A stretch of 62,225 bases of DNA, filler included, from Chiloscyllium plagiosum (GCF_004010195.1; 3 parts of one record of this genome joined end to end with filler, not necessarily neighbours in it); one strand, 5' to 3'; positions 45,594-59,234 are shown, counted from the first letter of the whole stretch. Notes: generated by a model not told the origin, from the sequence alone. Translations and numbers: made by a program.

Positions 45594-48029
45594 GCATCAA
45601 GGAGCATGGGGAGAAAGTGGGAATTATGGCTAGAGATTCAGATGTGACCTTTTAATGATGAGCAGGCTCGAAAGGCCAAATGGCCTACTTCTGTTCCTAG
45701 TTTCTATGTCTAAATTGAAAATCAGGAAGGGTAATTAATTGTTCAGCAACTAGTTCAACAGTGCTTGCAGGCTATTGAAAAGAAGAAAGACTTAAATTAT
45801 GTTATGCACACTGTGCATTCTTTGCTTGCATAGTACAGAATACATAACTTACAACTGTTTGGGGCAGCAAGACAAGGACAGAAGGATTTTAAGGATGAAC
45901 TGAAACATACTCACTCTCTCATCAATCTCTAAGTTAGTGCCAGAGAAAAAGCAACAAAACAACAACCCATTCACCAATATCTACCTCCTCTCAATTAACG
46001 TTACAAAAGCAGAATGTCTGAGCATTGACTCATTACTGTTATGGGCATTTTCACTGCATATGTTAGCTGCTGCAATCCTATTTTACGCTTCAAAAGTATT
46101 TCACTAGCTGCAGACGTTCTGAGATTATGAAAGACATTAAATAAATACCAGTTACTTCTCTCTTTTTAAATGGATCATGTAATTTTTTTGAATTATGTTT
46201 TAGAGTGATAGTTTCTGTAGGTTTTTTCTACCACCTTATATGCCCATCAGGATCTATTTTTCACCATAAAGAGCTTTCTACTACCTCTTTTAAAATGCTT
46301 TATTTCTAACATGGGTTCTGTTTTTAAGGTTCCTCAACTGTTTTTGGTAAGCTACCAGATTTTCTCTCTTTTGAGTCTCAATGCTGCAAACTATTTCCAC
46401 CATCTCTTTTTCCTCCACTTGGACTTAGTTTAAATCCTCTTAGGCTTCCTGCTGGCCCTAAATGCATTTTAAAATGCTTTTCCTTTCTTAATGATCTATT
46501 ATTATTTTTTTCCTGATTACTTTAAAACAATTAGTGTTTTTCTCTACAGAGATTGATTATTCAAGTTAATTTTGCCATCACACAACACCCAACTTTCATC
46601 CTTCTTGCTACTCTCTCTAATTGCCTTTTACCATGTTTTTCCTGCCACAATTTCCTACTTTAAAACTTCTAGGAATGATTTTGACAGCCTGGCTTTTTTT
46701 TTAATCGTTCAATTGTCATTTGCTTGTAACACTTCTCTTCACACATACAACACTTTGACCACTCAATGGAAGTTCATAAACTATAGAAACTGAAGGTTTC
46801 CATATTTATACCTACAACATCACTAATAATTGGAAGTATATTCACTTTGTCTTAATTCACCATGAGGAATAGAGCAAGTGATCTATTAGTAAATTCTAAA
46901 ATTCAACTAATACAAATTGCTATAGATAATGGAAAATAATTGGCCTAAAGTTCTGTAAAAGTGTTCTGGCTCTGTTGTCAGAAAATATTACTTTCATTTT
47001 GGCATATTTATTTCTAAATTTCACAGTTTCATAATCAGAATACCCATTTTTTAAGTTAAAAGAAGTAAACTTTCTATTTACAGAAATTGTATGCAATCAT
47101 ATGTAAAAACAACATTCATGTTACGTGATGACATGTCAAATGCACTCAGGTGAGGGATCAAAATTTATGAATGTAATATTGTGATGAGAGGTAGGACTTG
47201 AACTCAGAATCTGATTTAAATTTTCAGTTTGGTTACATTTGTAAAAGGATTATTCTGCAAATTAGCAGATTGTGAAAATAAGATCACAGATAGCTTTCAG
47301 TGCGATAATGCACTCAAAATCCGACAAACTTAGGTGCCAAAAGTCATCTAACAATGTTAAAATATGTAATGGTACTTACATAATAAGGGATTTCTGAATG
47401 CTGTGTCAGATGTAACCAATACTGATGAGACATCCAGCATTCCCATTAGCAGCTAACAAATCAACTCAGGATTCCATAAAATTTGTGGAAAATCTTATTA
47501 AATCTTATTGAATTACTGAGGTGGCAGATGACAAATTAGCATTCATAACACAGAAACAGAACTCAGTACTGCCTAACCATTTGAAAACACAAAATATGCT
47601 GATTTTTTTTTCCTAGTGAATTTACTTTTATTTTTCCTTGTTCTATTATTAACTTCCCTAATGTCATCTCCTTCTTTGTTAATGTCTCTCTCTAATTAGT
47701 TCTAAAGTGTACACAGTCTAACCAAAATTAACAACCTCAAAAAACCCCTCTTGGTTTGTGAAAGTTTCTTCTCCTCTACTGCAAAATGCTCCTTGAGATT
47801 GGAAAAATCATCATTTCGTCACTTTCACACTAAATCTACTTAAAGATCTATCAAGGAGAAAAAAACCCTCAATGACAGGATCAGGTCTTACGCACTAACC
47901 ACACCAAATTATTAGTGACCAAGCCAAGGATTCATTAGCAATCTATTTTTTAAATTTTAAACAGACTGTGGGAGTGATTTGCTTTATTCACCATTTTAAT
48001 TCAAAAGGGAGCACAAGTATAATATTGAA

Positions 48030-48228
48030 TTCCAACGCCCCTCCCCCAAGTCCCTCCTCCCTACCTTTTGTCTTAGCCTGCTGGACACACTTTCCTCATT
48101 CCTGAAGAAGGGCTTATGCCCGAAACGTCGATTCTCCTGTTCCTTGGATGCTGCCTGACCTGCTGCGCTTTTCCAGCAACACATTTTCAGCTCTGATCTC
48201 CAGCATCTGCAGTCCTCACTTCTCCTCC
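48030..48228 (+). mobile_element. PLE 3' end, best-preserved copy of the commonest short family
   Basis: Full tail gatgctgcctgacctgctgcgcttttccagcaacacattttcagctctgatctccagcatctgcagtcctcacttctcc. Confidence 0.85.
48098..48133 (+). ncRNA. Minimal type-I hammerhead ribozyme, intact core
   Basis: attc-CTGAAGA(48102-08)-A-GGGC-ttat-GCCC-GAAAC(48122-26)-GTC-gatt. Perfect 4-bp stem II, weak stem I. Confidence 0.75.
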
Positions 48229-50005
48229 TGTCATTGAGCCAGGATAATACTTTGGTTTGGTCGTAATGGTAAAGTATGGAATATGCAGAACCATGAGATT
48301 ATATATTGTGTTTGAATGTTGATTGTTAGCAACTCATGGCTGCCCAGTGTGAGCTGCTAAATTTGTTCTTTATTTATTCCATTTAGTACAGGCTACAATA
48401 CTATACAACGTGATGGAGGGTGTCCTCAGTGTGAAGTCAAGATTTTGACTCCGCAAGGACTGTGCGGTGGTCAGTTATGACCAGAGGCATCTGTGATGTA
48501 TGAACTGCTGCAGATGAGATAAACTAGGTTTTTCCTTTGTGATTGTTCTCCCACCCTTTGCTGCAGACCCTATCTGGCCTATGTTGACGTTGTTAGCAGG
48601 GCAATAGGTTTTCAACATGTACTGAGAACAACAACAATTGGCCTAGCTCATGTGCAGAATGATACCATGGGTCAACTGAAAACCAGAGGCATCCTAATGA
48701 TTATTGATCATTCCACCAGACTAAACACTCTGATACAGTGATTAAAATGGTTGATTCACAAATTGTTAACAGAGATATGGGTGATGAAAGTTACTTGCCA
48801 CCTTGTTGAACTGAATGAAATCCAGAAATTTCAATGTTATTTGCTGCAAATGGAGCAGGAATTGTTAGAAATGATAAACCATTTATGATCAAGATCATGA
48901 TCTAGGTCTAAGGCTGAAAAGGTGGGGAGATCATGTAACAGTGTTGTGGAGAAGAAGTGGGGAGGAAGAACCTGATCCAGGTCTGACACAGGGATAAAAA
49001 GGATCTGTCATTTTATCATTATCACTTTCTTACTCTCATGAATACCTAAGTTTCATTTTCCCAATCCCAATTAGTCCTTAGTCAGGTTTTCTTCCCTTCG
49101 TCTGTTGCTGCCATGCTCCGAGCTTCTGCTGATCTCTCTCCAAAGAATCCTTTTTAGCTCTTCTCTTCTCTTCCTCCATTTTCCTCTCCCTTTCCTGATT
49201 TTCTCTGCTCTTGATTGCAGTAGTACTGCCAGGCTATCTGACCTCAGATTTGTAATGCAGGTCTGCGAGGTGTGATCAACTACTAATTTTGATCCTGATG
49301 GCAAGAATTTCTACACTGAAAAAATTCTACCCTGACAATGTGCGCATACTCTCATGTGGTGTCTGGGACTTTTCTGGCTTCACAGACACTGTGTCAGCAA
49401 TCACAGCAAAAAGAAATAACAGAGTGCAAGAACAGATATGTTTGACATAGGAATAAAATGTTAAAAAGTTTTTTTTTGAACGATGCAAATATGAATGATG
49501 GCAAAATTTTGATACTGATCACGTGTGATTGATGTGGAAGGCAAAGACGTTAAGAATAAAAATCAGGAAGAGAAATCAAGCTTGCTGGCAAGGAGCAACT
49601 GCATGTTCCAGCCTAGAAAAGGTCAAGATTGGTTTCTGTGGTCTCTTGGATTAGTTGGTCATATTTTCAATAACTGTTAATAATTCATCTTTAAATTTCA
49701 ATATTATACTTGTGCTCCCTTTTGAATTAAAATGGTGAATAAAGCAAATGGGACTTGACCTCTTCCCTTTGCTTCATGATTGGTTTATGCCTTCAGCCAT
49801 TAAGGCACCACAGCCAGGAATTCTTTCTCCAAATATTCAGACTTTTCATCTCACATCTCTTTTAAGACCTCTTAAGACTCACTCCTTCAATAATCTTTCA
49901 CATAGTTAATCAAAGGATTTATGTGAATTACTACATGAATGCATTGTTCACGGAACAGACAGAAGCATTGCAACATAGTAATTTAATATTAATAAAGTGT
50001 CCTAC

Positions 50006-50723
50006 CTTTTCCATGCCCTCTGAATAACTGCTGCTGCGTTATTCTTCTTCCGAAACAGCTCTTTTCGCAATCTCTCCTTTTCCACTATTTGTACTCGAAT
50101 TTCCAAAGGGATAAGCTGGATATCAGATCGTCTATCATTCAAAGTGGTAAATGAACCTTTTTCAGTGCTAGGAGATTGCGAAGAACTAGTCCTGTCCCGA
50201 GGTGCATTTTCAATAGGATTATCATACATTCCACTGCGACCTTTAGGTTTTGAACAGGCTGGAGGAAGCAAAACAGAAGTGATGGTACCAGAGCACTGGG
50301 CGCCAGTTTGCACTGCATTGACAGCATTATCAGTACTGTTTACAATTGCATATTTGGCGCTTCCAGGCCGACTTGAACCAGCAGGTGAGAATCGACCGCA
50401 CTTTAGTCCTATCCAAGGCGCTTCATATTCTTGGGAAGATTCAGATGTTATTTTATGATGTCTGCCACAAATTAATAGAGGTGGGTTTTGTTGTTTCACT
50501 GATTTTTTTGTTGCACTGGCTGATCTAAAGCCAGTAGGTTTTGACTTACAGCCATTGGATCTGTTGGTACTTTCAGGGATCCTTCGATCACTGTCAGTGT
50601 TAGCATCTCCTTTTTCTGAAGGAGTGAGCTGTCTGCAAGAGTGTAGTTCACTAGGAATGCTTCCTTCATTGTATTGATGATGATCACAGACACGAGTACC
50701 CTTTGAGCTTTTCCTGATAAGTT
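50006..50723 (-). CDS. INVS: Inversin internal coding exon (718 nt, phase 1 in / phase 2 out), ending in D-box + IQ motif
   Basis: Open frame ends ...IPLEIRVQIVEKERLRKELFRKKNNAAAVIQRAWK, matching the vertebrate inversin D-box2/IQ2 region as I recall it (RKELFRKKNKAAAVIQRAWR). Acceptor tttcatcattctAG at 50725-50724; donor AG|GTAGG at 50005-50004. Confidence 0.93.
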
Positions 50724-51228
50724 CTAGAATGATGAAACAAATCACACATTAGTAAAAATAACCAATAAGTTATAACAAACACTTCTTCTTTTGTGACAAT
50801 TGAGATTGCACCTACATATATGAAAAGCTCTATTCTTGGTATTGTCAATAAAAATTCATAACCATCTATAAATTTCTAAAATTGAGTAATTTATTCTGAA
50901 AAATGTACTGGTAAATTTCAAGATTATCTAGGTGACAGGTTTTAGTGTTGGAAAATAGAGCGTTTTTCAACTTTTTACACCAACAATTAATAAGCATCAA
51001 ACACTTGAAGGTCAAGGAATGTACTTCCGCTGAGTTGTGTCCAAGCAATATATCTCACTTAACCCAAAGTGGTTAACCTCCCTAACACCTTTTATTTCAC
51101 ATCTTAGAACAGCTATCATTACACTGCTGCATAAATACTGCTAATGGGCTTCCTTGACTCCCATTCTCAGCTGCATTCAACTATTAGTGGCTCCTAAGGC
51201 TTTTCATGAGCCCTAACCTCAACATTGC

Positions 51229-51268
51229 AAGTCCTGGAAACCAATGTATGCATTGGTTTCCAGGACTT
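51229..51268. repeat. Perfect 18-bp inverted repeat with 4-nt spacer
   Basis: aagtcctggaaaccaatg-tatg-cattggtttccaggactt. Confidence 0.95.
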
Positions 51269-51287
51269 CTGAATGCCCTCAATGCAT

Positions 51288-51836
51288 TGAGCTATTAACC
51301 AGCACCTCAATTAGTCAAACTACCAGGCTTGAAGCAAAACACACTTTTATTCTTACACTATAGTAAAATTACAAACAAAAGAAAGGAGAATTGCAATAAC
51401 TTGACGCTATCGGAAAACTTAACAAAATAACAGATTATTTAACTACTAAACAGCAACTTTTCCGATGTACTAACATCCCATAAACACCTTGGCAAAGGTA
51501 AATTCAGTAAAATAGATTGTCTCACATGCAATTCTCCAGCCCAGGAGGAAAGAACATCAACAGACAACTCAGAGGGAGAGAGAACTCAAGTATTTTGCTG
51601 TAGCAGAGAGATATATAGCAGTTTTCAAACTTCAGTAGCTACTGAACATTAAACTAAAATGCTGGTTCTGTGGGATCTTGACCGCATCCCATCATGCTGC
51701 TTCTACTGTCCCAAGGCCTCACAAGCTGTTCCCTTTATTAGTTTGGAACAGTCAGCTCGACACCTTTGTCTCAACCTGTCTTCATGAGAATAACTAGGTG
51801 AAATTACACCTCTTAAAGCCATTGTATTGTCCCACA
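51288..51836 (-). mobile_element. Probable solo Gypsy-type LTR
   Basis: Minus strand starts TGTGGG...ctttaagag, similar to the LTR at 58535; AATAAA on minus at about 51346-51351. Confidence 0.5.
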
Positions 51837-51994
51837 GAAACTCAGCTAATAGCAGCACCGAGTTAAAGCATTTTTAAAGGATCGCCACCATTTCCAAAAC
51901 ATTTCCCTTCTAAATTAAATAGATATCAGCTGATTCCACAAAACCAGCTAAAGTCCTATGTCAATCAAGATAACCTCTTATCCACTTTGCGTTT

Positions 51995-53839
51995 GACCAT
52001 AAGACCATAAGACATAGGAGTGGAAGTAAGGCCATTCGGCCCATCGAGTCCACTCCGCCATTCAATCATGGCTGATGCGCATTTCAGCTCCACTTACCAG
52101 CGTTCTCCCCGTAGCCCTTAATTCCTCTAGACAACAAGAATCTATCAATCTCGGCCTTGAAGACATTTAGCGTCCCGGCTTCCACTGCACTCCGTGGCAA
52201 TGAATTCCACAGGCCCACCACTCTCTGGCTGAAGAAATGTCTCCGCATTTCTGTTCTGAAATGACCCCCTCTAATTCTAAGGCTGTGTCCACGGGTCCTA
52301 GTCTCCTCGCCTAATGGAAACAATTTCCTAGCGTCCACCCTCTCCAAGCCATGTATTATCTTATAAGTTTCTATTAGATCTCCCCTTAATCTTCTAAACT
52401 CCAAAGAATACAATCCCAGTATCCTCAGCCATTCCTCATATGTTAGGCCTACCATTCCAGGGATCAACCGTGTGAATCTCTGCTGGACACCATCCAGTGC
52501 CAGTGTGTCCTTCCTGAGCTGTGGGACCCAAAATTGGACACAGTATTCTAAAAGAGGCCTAACTAGAGCTTTATAAAGTCTCAGTAGCACATCACTGTTT
52601 TGACATTCCAACCCTCGAGATAAATGACAACATTACATTTGCTTTCTTAACCACAGACTCAACCTGCAAGTCAGTCTTTAGAGAATCCTGGATTAGCACT
52701 CCCAGATCCCTTTGTACTTTGCCTTTATGAATTTTCTCACCGTTTAGAAAATAGTCCATGCCTGTATTCTTTTTTCCAAAGTGCAAGACCTCACATTTGC
52801 TCACGGTGAATTTCATCAGCCATTTCTTGGACCACTCCTAAACTGTCTAAATCTTTCTGCAGCTTCCTCACCTCCTCAGAACTACCTGCCTGTCCACCTA
52901 ACTTTGCATCATCGGCGAACTTAGCCAGAATGCCCCCAAATCCTTTCATCCAGATCATTAATATATAAAGTGAACAGCTGCAGCCCCAACACTGAACCCT
53001 GCGGGACACCACTTGTCACTGGCTGCCATTCCGAAAAAGAACCTTTTATCCCAACTCTCTGCCTTCCATCAGACAGCCAATCCTCAGTCCATGCCAGTAG
53101 CTCACCTCAAACACCGTGGGCCCCTCACCTTACTCAGCAGCCTCCGTGAGGCACCTTATGAAACGCCATTTGGAAGTCTAGGTAGATAACATCCACCAGG
53201 TTTCCCTGGTCTAACCTACTTGTTACCTCTTCAAAGAATTCTAACAGGTTTGTCAGGCACGACCTCCCCTTACTAAATCCATGCTGATTTGTTTGAATCG
53301 GACCCTGCACTTCCAAGAATTTAGAAATCTCATCCTTAATGATGGATTCTAGAATTTTACATACAACCAAGGTTAGGCTACTCGGCCTATAATTTTCCAT
53401 CTTTTAACTCGATCCTTTCTTGAACAAGGGGGTTACAACAGCGATTTTCCAATCATCTAGGACTTTCCCTGACTCCAGTGATTTTTGAAAGATTACAACA
53501 AACGCCTCTGTTATTTCTTCAGCCACCTCCCTCAGAACTCTAGGATGTACCCCATCCGGGCCAGGAGATTTATCAATTTTTAGAGCTTTTAGCTTTTCTA
53601 GCACTTTCTCTTTTGTAATGGCTACCATTCTCAATTCTAGCCCTTAACTCTCCTTAATTGTTGGGATATTACTCATGTCTTCCACTATGAAGACTGACAC
53701 AAAGTATTTGTTAAGTTCTTCAGCTACTTCCTTATCTCCCATCACTAACCTTCCTGCATAAATTTGGAGTTGCCCAATTTCTACTTTTGCCTCTCGTTTG
53801 TTTCTTATGTATTGAAAGAAACTTTTACTATCATTTCTA
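51995..53839 (-). mobile_element. Relatively young CR1 ORF2 (RT) to 3' tail, cut by the gap
   Basis: KSPGPDGVHPRVL; NYRP...QHGFSKGRSCLTNLLEFFE; KFADDAK; YKALVRPLLEYCVQFW; tail (CTTATGGT)n. Confidence 0.95.
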
Positions 53840-53939
53840 NNNNNNNNNNNNNNNNNNNNNNNNNNNNNNNNNNNNNNNNNNNNTTAATTAATTAANNNNN
53901 NNNNNNNNNNNNNNNNNNNNNNNNNNNNNNNNNNNNNNN
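53840..53939. other. Artificial scaffold linker (44 N + TTAATTAATTAA + 44 N)
   Basis: Same construction as 27105-27204. Confidence 0.97.
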
Positions 53940-54209
53940 TTATTCCAGGAAGAATTATTGCTGATTCTTTCAATCAATGAACAGTTATTGAAGTTCTGAA
54001 GTTAACATTGTCACAATAAGTTAATCAGGCAGGCGGGGCTCTGGACAAGGTCTAATTTAAAACATAACATTTCTGATGGTGTAGCACTCTCAGTACTGCA
54101 CTTGAAAGCTCAAACTCTAGATTGAGATTTTAACATATAACCTTCTGACTCAGGTGAGAGTGTTGCCACTGAGTAGTAGGGGTATACCTATTTTTAAAAA
54201 AAATGAAAA

Positions 54210-54543
54210 TTCTAGCAGAACTGGACAGGGTAAATATAAGATGTTCCTAATGCCCAGGGGGTCCAAAATCAGGGGTCACCATCTACAGATTGGGGTAGTC
54301 TACTTAGGACTGAGATGAGGAGAAAAGCTTTCACCTGACAGTGGTGAGCTTGTGGAATTACCTGCCACAGAAAGTGATTGAGGGCAAAACATTGAATGTT
54401 TTTAGTGCGAAAGAGATCAAAGGGTGTGGGGCAAAAGCAGGACTGTGGTGCTGAGTTGCATAATCAGCCATGATCATATTGAATAACAGAGCAAGGTCAA
54501 AAGGCCAAATGGCCTACTATTCTTCATATTTTCTTTATTTCTA
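54210..54543 (+). mobile_element. CR1 3' fragment
   Basis: RTEMRR...LWN.LP remnant and 3' UTR aatcagccatgatcatattgaat...ggccaaatggcctact. Confidence 0.8.
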
Positions 54544-54974
54544 GTGCAAAGCTGTGCTGATGCAGAACTGTTTCAAATTGTTAGCATAACAGAGTACTGT
54601 CATTTAGCAGGGGGAAGAAACCCATATCATTGTATCTGGAGACTCAAAAGAAAATGGTAAATTTGAGAAATGCATATCATAAGCACTTTTTGTTGCCCAT
54701 TAGTGGAATAAAGCAATCAAAGGAATGGCTTTCATTAACGAGCATTTTACCAAGAATGAGAGGCTACAGTTGTATAGCGCAATGTCTCTTGAGCTTTATC
54801 ATCATGGACTATTTATGTGAGCCAAAAGACCCTGTGGATCACTAAATGTGGGTGATCTGAATTCCATCTCTCCCCTTTTGTTCACCAGACAAAACTACTT
54901 GAGAGTTAATGGGAACATTGATAGTGCGTTTGATGAGACTCCAAAGAAGTTATATTAAGACAATATCCCACCAT

Positions 54975-55076
54975 TGCTGGAAATCTGAAACAAACGTGCT
55001 GGAGAAAACCAGCAAGTCCAGCATCTGTGGAGGGAAATAGAGTTAACGTTTCGAATCTGGTATGACTCCTTCAGAG
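54975..55076 (-). mobile_element. PLE 3' end with decayed hammerhead
   Basis: Minus strand: ctctgaaggagtc-atacca-gattc-GAAAC-GTT-aactctatttccctccacagatgctgg. Confidence 0.7.
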
Positions 55077-56091
55077 TTTGAGGTTATGTCTGGTTCCAAG
55101 TTAGAGACCTTCAGTGGCATATCAAGCTTCACATAAGGCTAGTTCCTCCTTTTGGTTTCCAGTACCTGAAGTGTTGAAAATCTCACTTTGTGCTAATACA
55201 TCTGCCACTTTTCATTGTGCTATATGATGACTCATGCCATGCATGTGGAAGTTGGTCTGATTGTGTGTTGTCACCCAGGTGATGGAGATGAAGGTTTTGG
55301 TCTGTTCTCTCATACCATTTTGACTTTAATACTGCACTAGAGTGACTTGGACTTTGCATGTATCTGTGGACCACCAGAAAGAGTCCAGGGCCACAATTTG
55401 AGAACCACTGTGATAGTGGAGATAGGAGAAGATTAATTTTTTTTCCACAGTTTAGAAGATTAGCTGGTGGCCAAGATTATGAATTTTGGGATAGCGTATG
55501 AAAAAAAAAATTGTTTGGGCTTGTAGGGCAAAAATCATGAGGCTAAAAAGTGGAGAATAGAGAAACTTTTTTTTTGTGCACAATCCTGATTAAACATTTG
55601 ATAAATACTTTTATTTATGCTGCCCATATACAAGAATATGTAACATGGGAACAGGAATGAATACATATGAAATAGGAGCAGAAGTGGACTAATCAGCTCC
55701 TTGAGCCAGCCCTCACTTTCATAAAATCATGGCTGATTTATTTATGATATGGCTTCCACGTTCTCATCTACCTCGATAACATTGATTCCCTTGTTTAGCA
55801 AGTATGTATCCATCTGTCTTAAAATTATTTAATAACTATACCTCTACAGTCTCAAGGCAGTCCCAAATTTGCACAACCCTCTTTCTCCTCACCTCTGACC
55901 TGAAGGAGATCACTAATTTGTAAAAGAATGCTCCTAGTTCTAGACTGACACAAGAAGAGATATCCTTTACACTTTCATCTTGTCAACATCATTTAGATCA
56001 CCATTCACCCTTCATTCAGCCAACTTGATTACATGTTATACCTGAATACTAACCTTCTATGGCTCATGTAAGAACACCTTGGTGGGCCAAG

Positions 56092-56800
56092 GGGTGGCAT
56101 ATGGAGTTTAATTTCTATAACTGTGAGGTGTTGCATTTTGGAAAGGCAAATCAGAGAAGGACTTATATACTTAATGGTAAGGTCCTGGGGAGTATGGCTG
56201 AACAAAGAGACCTTTGAATGCAGGTTCATAGTTCCTTGAAAGTGGGGCCACAAGTAGACCGGATAGTGAAGAAAACGTTTGGTATGCTTGCCTATATTGG
56301 TCAGTGGATTGAGTGTAGGAGTTGGGATGTCATGTTGCAGCCATACAGGGCATTGGTTAGGCCATTTTTGGAATATTGCATTCAATTTTGGTCTCCTTCC
56401 TATAGGAAGGATGTTGAGACATGTGAAAGGCTTCAGAAGAATTTACAAGGTTGTTGCCAAGGTTGGAGGGTTTGAGCTATAGAGAGAGGCTGAATAGGTT
56501 GGGGCTGTTTTCGCTGGAGTGTCTGATTCTGAGGGGTGACAATATAGAAGTTTATAAAATCATGAGCATGGATAAGGTGAATATGTTGTTAAAAAAGTAT
56601 GTTTTCTCCAGGTTAGAGGAGTCCAAACCCAGAGAGCATAGGTTTAAGGTGAGGGGGGGGAAGATTTAAAAGGGACCCAAGAGGCTACTTATTCACCAAA
56701 TGCTGGAAAATGGGACTAGATTAATTTAAGGATATCTGGTCAGCATCGACGAGTTGGACTGAAGGGTCTGTTCCACGCCGAGCAGCTCTGTGACTCTATG
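56092..56800 (+). mobile_element. CR1 3' fragment
   Basis: LHFGKANQ; YRALVRPFLEYCIQFWSPSYRKDV; RLNRLGLFSLE; tail tgactctatgac. Confidence 0.9.
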
Positions 56801-57248
56801 ACCTAGATCCTTCTGAACCTCTGAAATCTGCAGATGTTCTCCACTTAAGTAATACTCTGCTTTTTCGCCAAAGTGAACAACTTCACATTTTCCCACATGA
56901 TATTATATCTGCTAGATTTTGCTCACTCACCCAACCCATCTGTATATGTCTATATCTTCCATAAGTCATTTTAACAACATACTTTTCTACCTATCTTGGT
57001 ATTATCTACAAATTTATTTATCATTCCTTCTTTCCCCTCAGCGAAGTCTTTGTAAATTGTAAACATTTTCTAAGCTCCCTAGATTCAGCAATGCTTCCAG
57101 CAGACTGGAAAGGAGCAAATTCAAGGAAGGAAGGAAGGAAAGCAAAATGACAGGAAAGTATCGGCCAATTAACTTGAGGCCCCACCACAAAACCCTGTGG
57201 GATTCCACTTATCACGTCCTGTCAATCAAACAAACACATTTATGCGTA

Positions 57249-57459
57249 CAGTACCCGCAGGGGATATGTTCCAAGACCTACCACAGAAGCCCGAAACTGC
57301 AGACAGGAGCTAACCCATTCATTTCAATGGGAAATTTACCTTCCTGGCAATGTCCTGGTTCTTGGTTCCGGAAGGTTCCCTTTTATGTTTTTGGGCCATG
57401 GGAAACCGCGCATAAGTGAAACCACGGAAAACGATTCCCTGGATACGGGGCTCACCCTG
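57249..57459. mobile_element. Tc1/mariner (Tigger/pogo-type) MITE with TA target duplication
   Basis: TA|CAG...CTG|TA; subterminal gtacccgcagggg vs ccctggatac; ggggatatgttccaagacc internal motif. The host CR1 sequence rejoins across it. Confidence 0.75.
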
Positions 57460-58534
57460 TACTCAGTTTTCTGCTCGCTACGCAATCTTCTATCCAATGT
57501 ATTACACCTTACGCCATGAGTCCTTTATTTTCTACGCTCACTTTTTATGACACCTTGTCAAATGCCTTTCAGATATCCAATTATAGTATACCCACAGCGC
57601 ATATTCCTCCTTCAAAAAAACTCCAAAAAGGTGGTTAAATATGGTTTTTGTGAAAGGAAAATCATGCTGTTTCTGATAATCTTGAATTTTTCAAAGTACC
57701 TCTTTGATGTTCAACTCTAACACCTTTTGCATCACCAATGTCAAGTTAATTGGCCAATAATTTCCTGTCATTTGGCTTCTCCCCATTGTTGAATTGAGGG
57801 GTGATCTTTGCTACTCCATAGTCTGCCCAAGAGAGTCGAAAAAATTAACAGCAGTGCGCCTATCTCATTAGCAACCTCACTTGAGACCCTTGGATCAAAT
57901 CCATTTGGACATGGATACTTGTCAGCCTACAAATCCATTAGTTTGCATAAAACCTCTTTCCTCCTAGTCATTGAGGGTCTCTTTGTTCATGATTGCAATT
58001 TTTTGGTATTTCTCTTTCCCTTCCGCTTCCTTATTTCAAACTATTACTGGAATACTTTTTGTATTCTGTATGGTGAAGATAGAAGCAAAATATTTGTTCA
58101 TTTCATCCACTATTTCTTTATTATCTACCATTAACTTCCCATTCTCATTCTAGAGGACCAACATTCCATTTTAATTTTTTCCTTTCTGAATGCTTGTGTA
58201 TATCTGAATCTTGTATATCTGAATATCTGTTTTTAATTAACCTAGTTGGCTTCTCATTCTCTCGTTTCTTCCATCTGATTAACTGTTAATCATTTCATTC
58301 TCTATATTCTGACGAATCATCTGACCTGCAACTCAATTTTGTGCCGTTGTATTCTTTTACCTTCAGTATGATGCTTTCCCTAACTACTTTGGTTAACTGC
58401 AAATGATGGGACTTCCCTTTAGAATTTTTGGTGAGGGTTTTATTTTGAATGTCCTGAAATATGCCTGAAATATCTGACCATGTCTCTCTCTAACTGTTAT
58501 CACTCATCTCTGGTAAAATATTTATCTTGGGAAA

Positions 58535-59231
58535 TGTGATGAAGCTGTGGGTGAACTATATCTTTTAAGAGAGTTAAAAGCTAACAGTGACAGCACCAAG
58601 TGTTCTCAATAAGACACAATGTAACGTGCTCCAGCTACTGGAATAGCTGGTTGCCTGGAAACAACAAAAAACAGATTCTAACTAGGCCAGTCAGTTTAAA
58701 TTATTCCCCTTAAATATACCAATTTCCAATCAAGTTTAAATTGGCTTTTAAGATTGTCAATGTACTCAATAACACAATCCAATGCTGTGGGATATAAGAC
58801 TGGGGGGAAATTGAACAGTTAGGAGGAGAACTGCCAAGCTCCAGCAGGTAAAAGATTGCCTGAAAAATAGCTGTTAAAAGTATCTTTTTTGATCAGTAAC
58901 CTGTGAGGTAGAATCCCTAAGAAGAAGAAAAGAAGACACAAAGATCCAAATAGAAGAACCGAAAGCTGCCTGGTTTTGAGATAAGTGTTATTTTGTAAAT
59001 CTTAGTTGGGAGTTTTATCGGACTAGTATTATAGAAGGAAAGGTAACAGATAGGTTAGAGTAGGGAATTGTAAATAATTGTTAGTTAATTATTCTCTGTT
59101 ATACTTTAAGAAATAAAGTTGTTAATTTTTACTTAGTTTTTGGCCACTCAAATCTTTACAGATTACTGCACAGGATAAATCTGTGTTGCTGGTTTTAAAT
59201 TAAGCAGGAGAGTTTGCTCCGTGTCGTAACA
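58535..59231 (+). mobile_element. 5' LTR of a Gypsy-type retrotransposon
   Basis: TGTGATG...CGTAACA termini, TATA-like gatataag at about 58791, AATAAA 59112-59117, directly followed by a PBS and gag. Confidence 0.85.
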
Positions 59232-59234
59232 GTT

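Larger units (their letters stand above)
55640..58500 (-). mobile_element. Old minus-strand CR1 hosting later insertions (plus-strand CR1, MITE)
   Basis: 3' end at about 55640-56030; resumes at 56800 with KFVDNTKIG, AFDKV, GNYWPINLT and P.PNG..PRV remnants. Confidence 0.7.

Noticed and set aside
55395..55410. hAT/Charlie-like terminus tttgagaaccactg
   Set aside because: No matching opposite TIR or 8-bp TSD found, so not called as an element.
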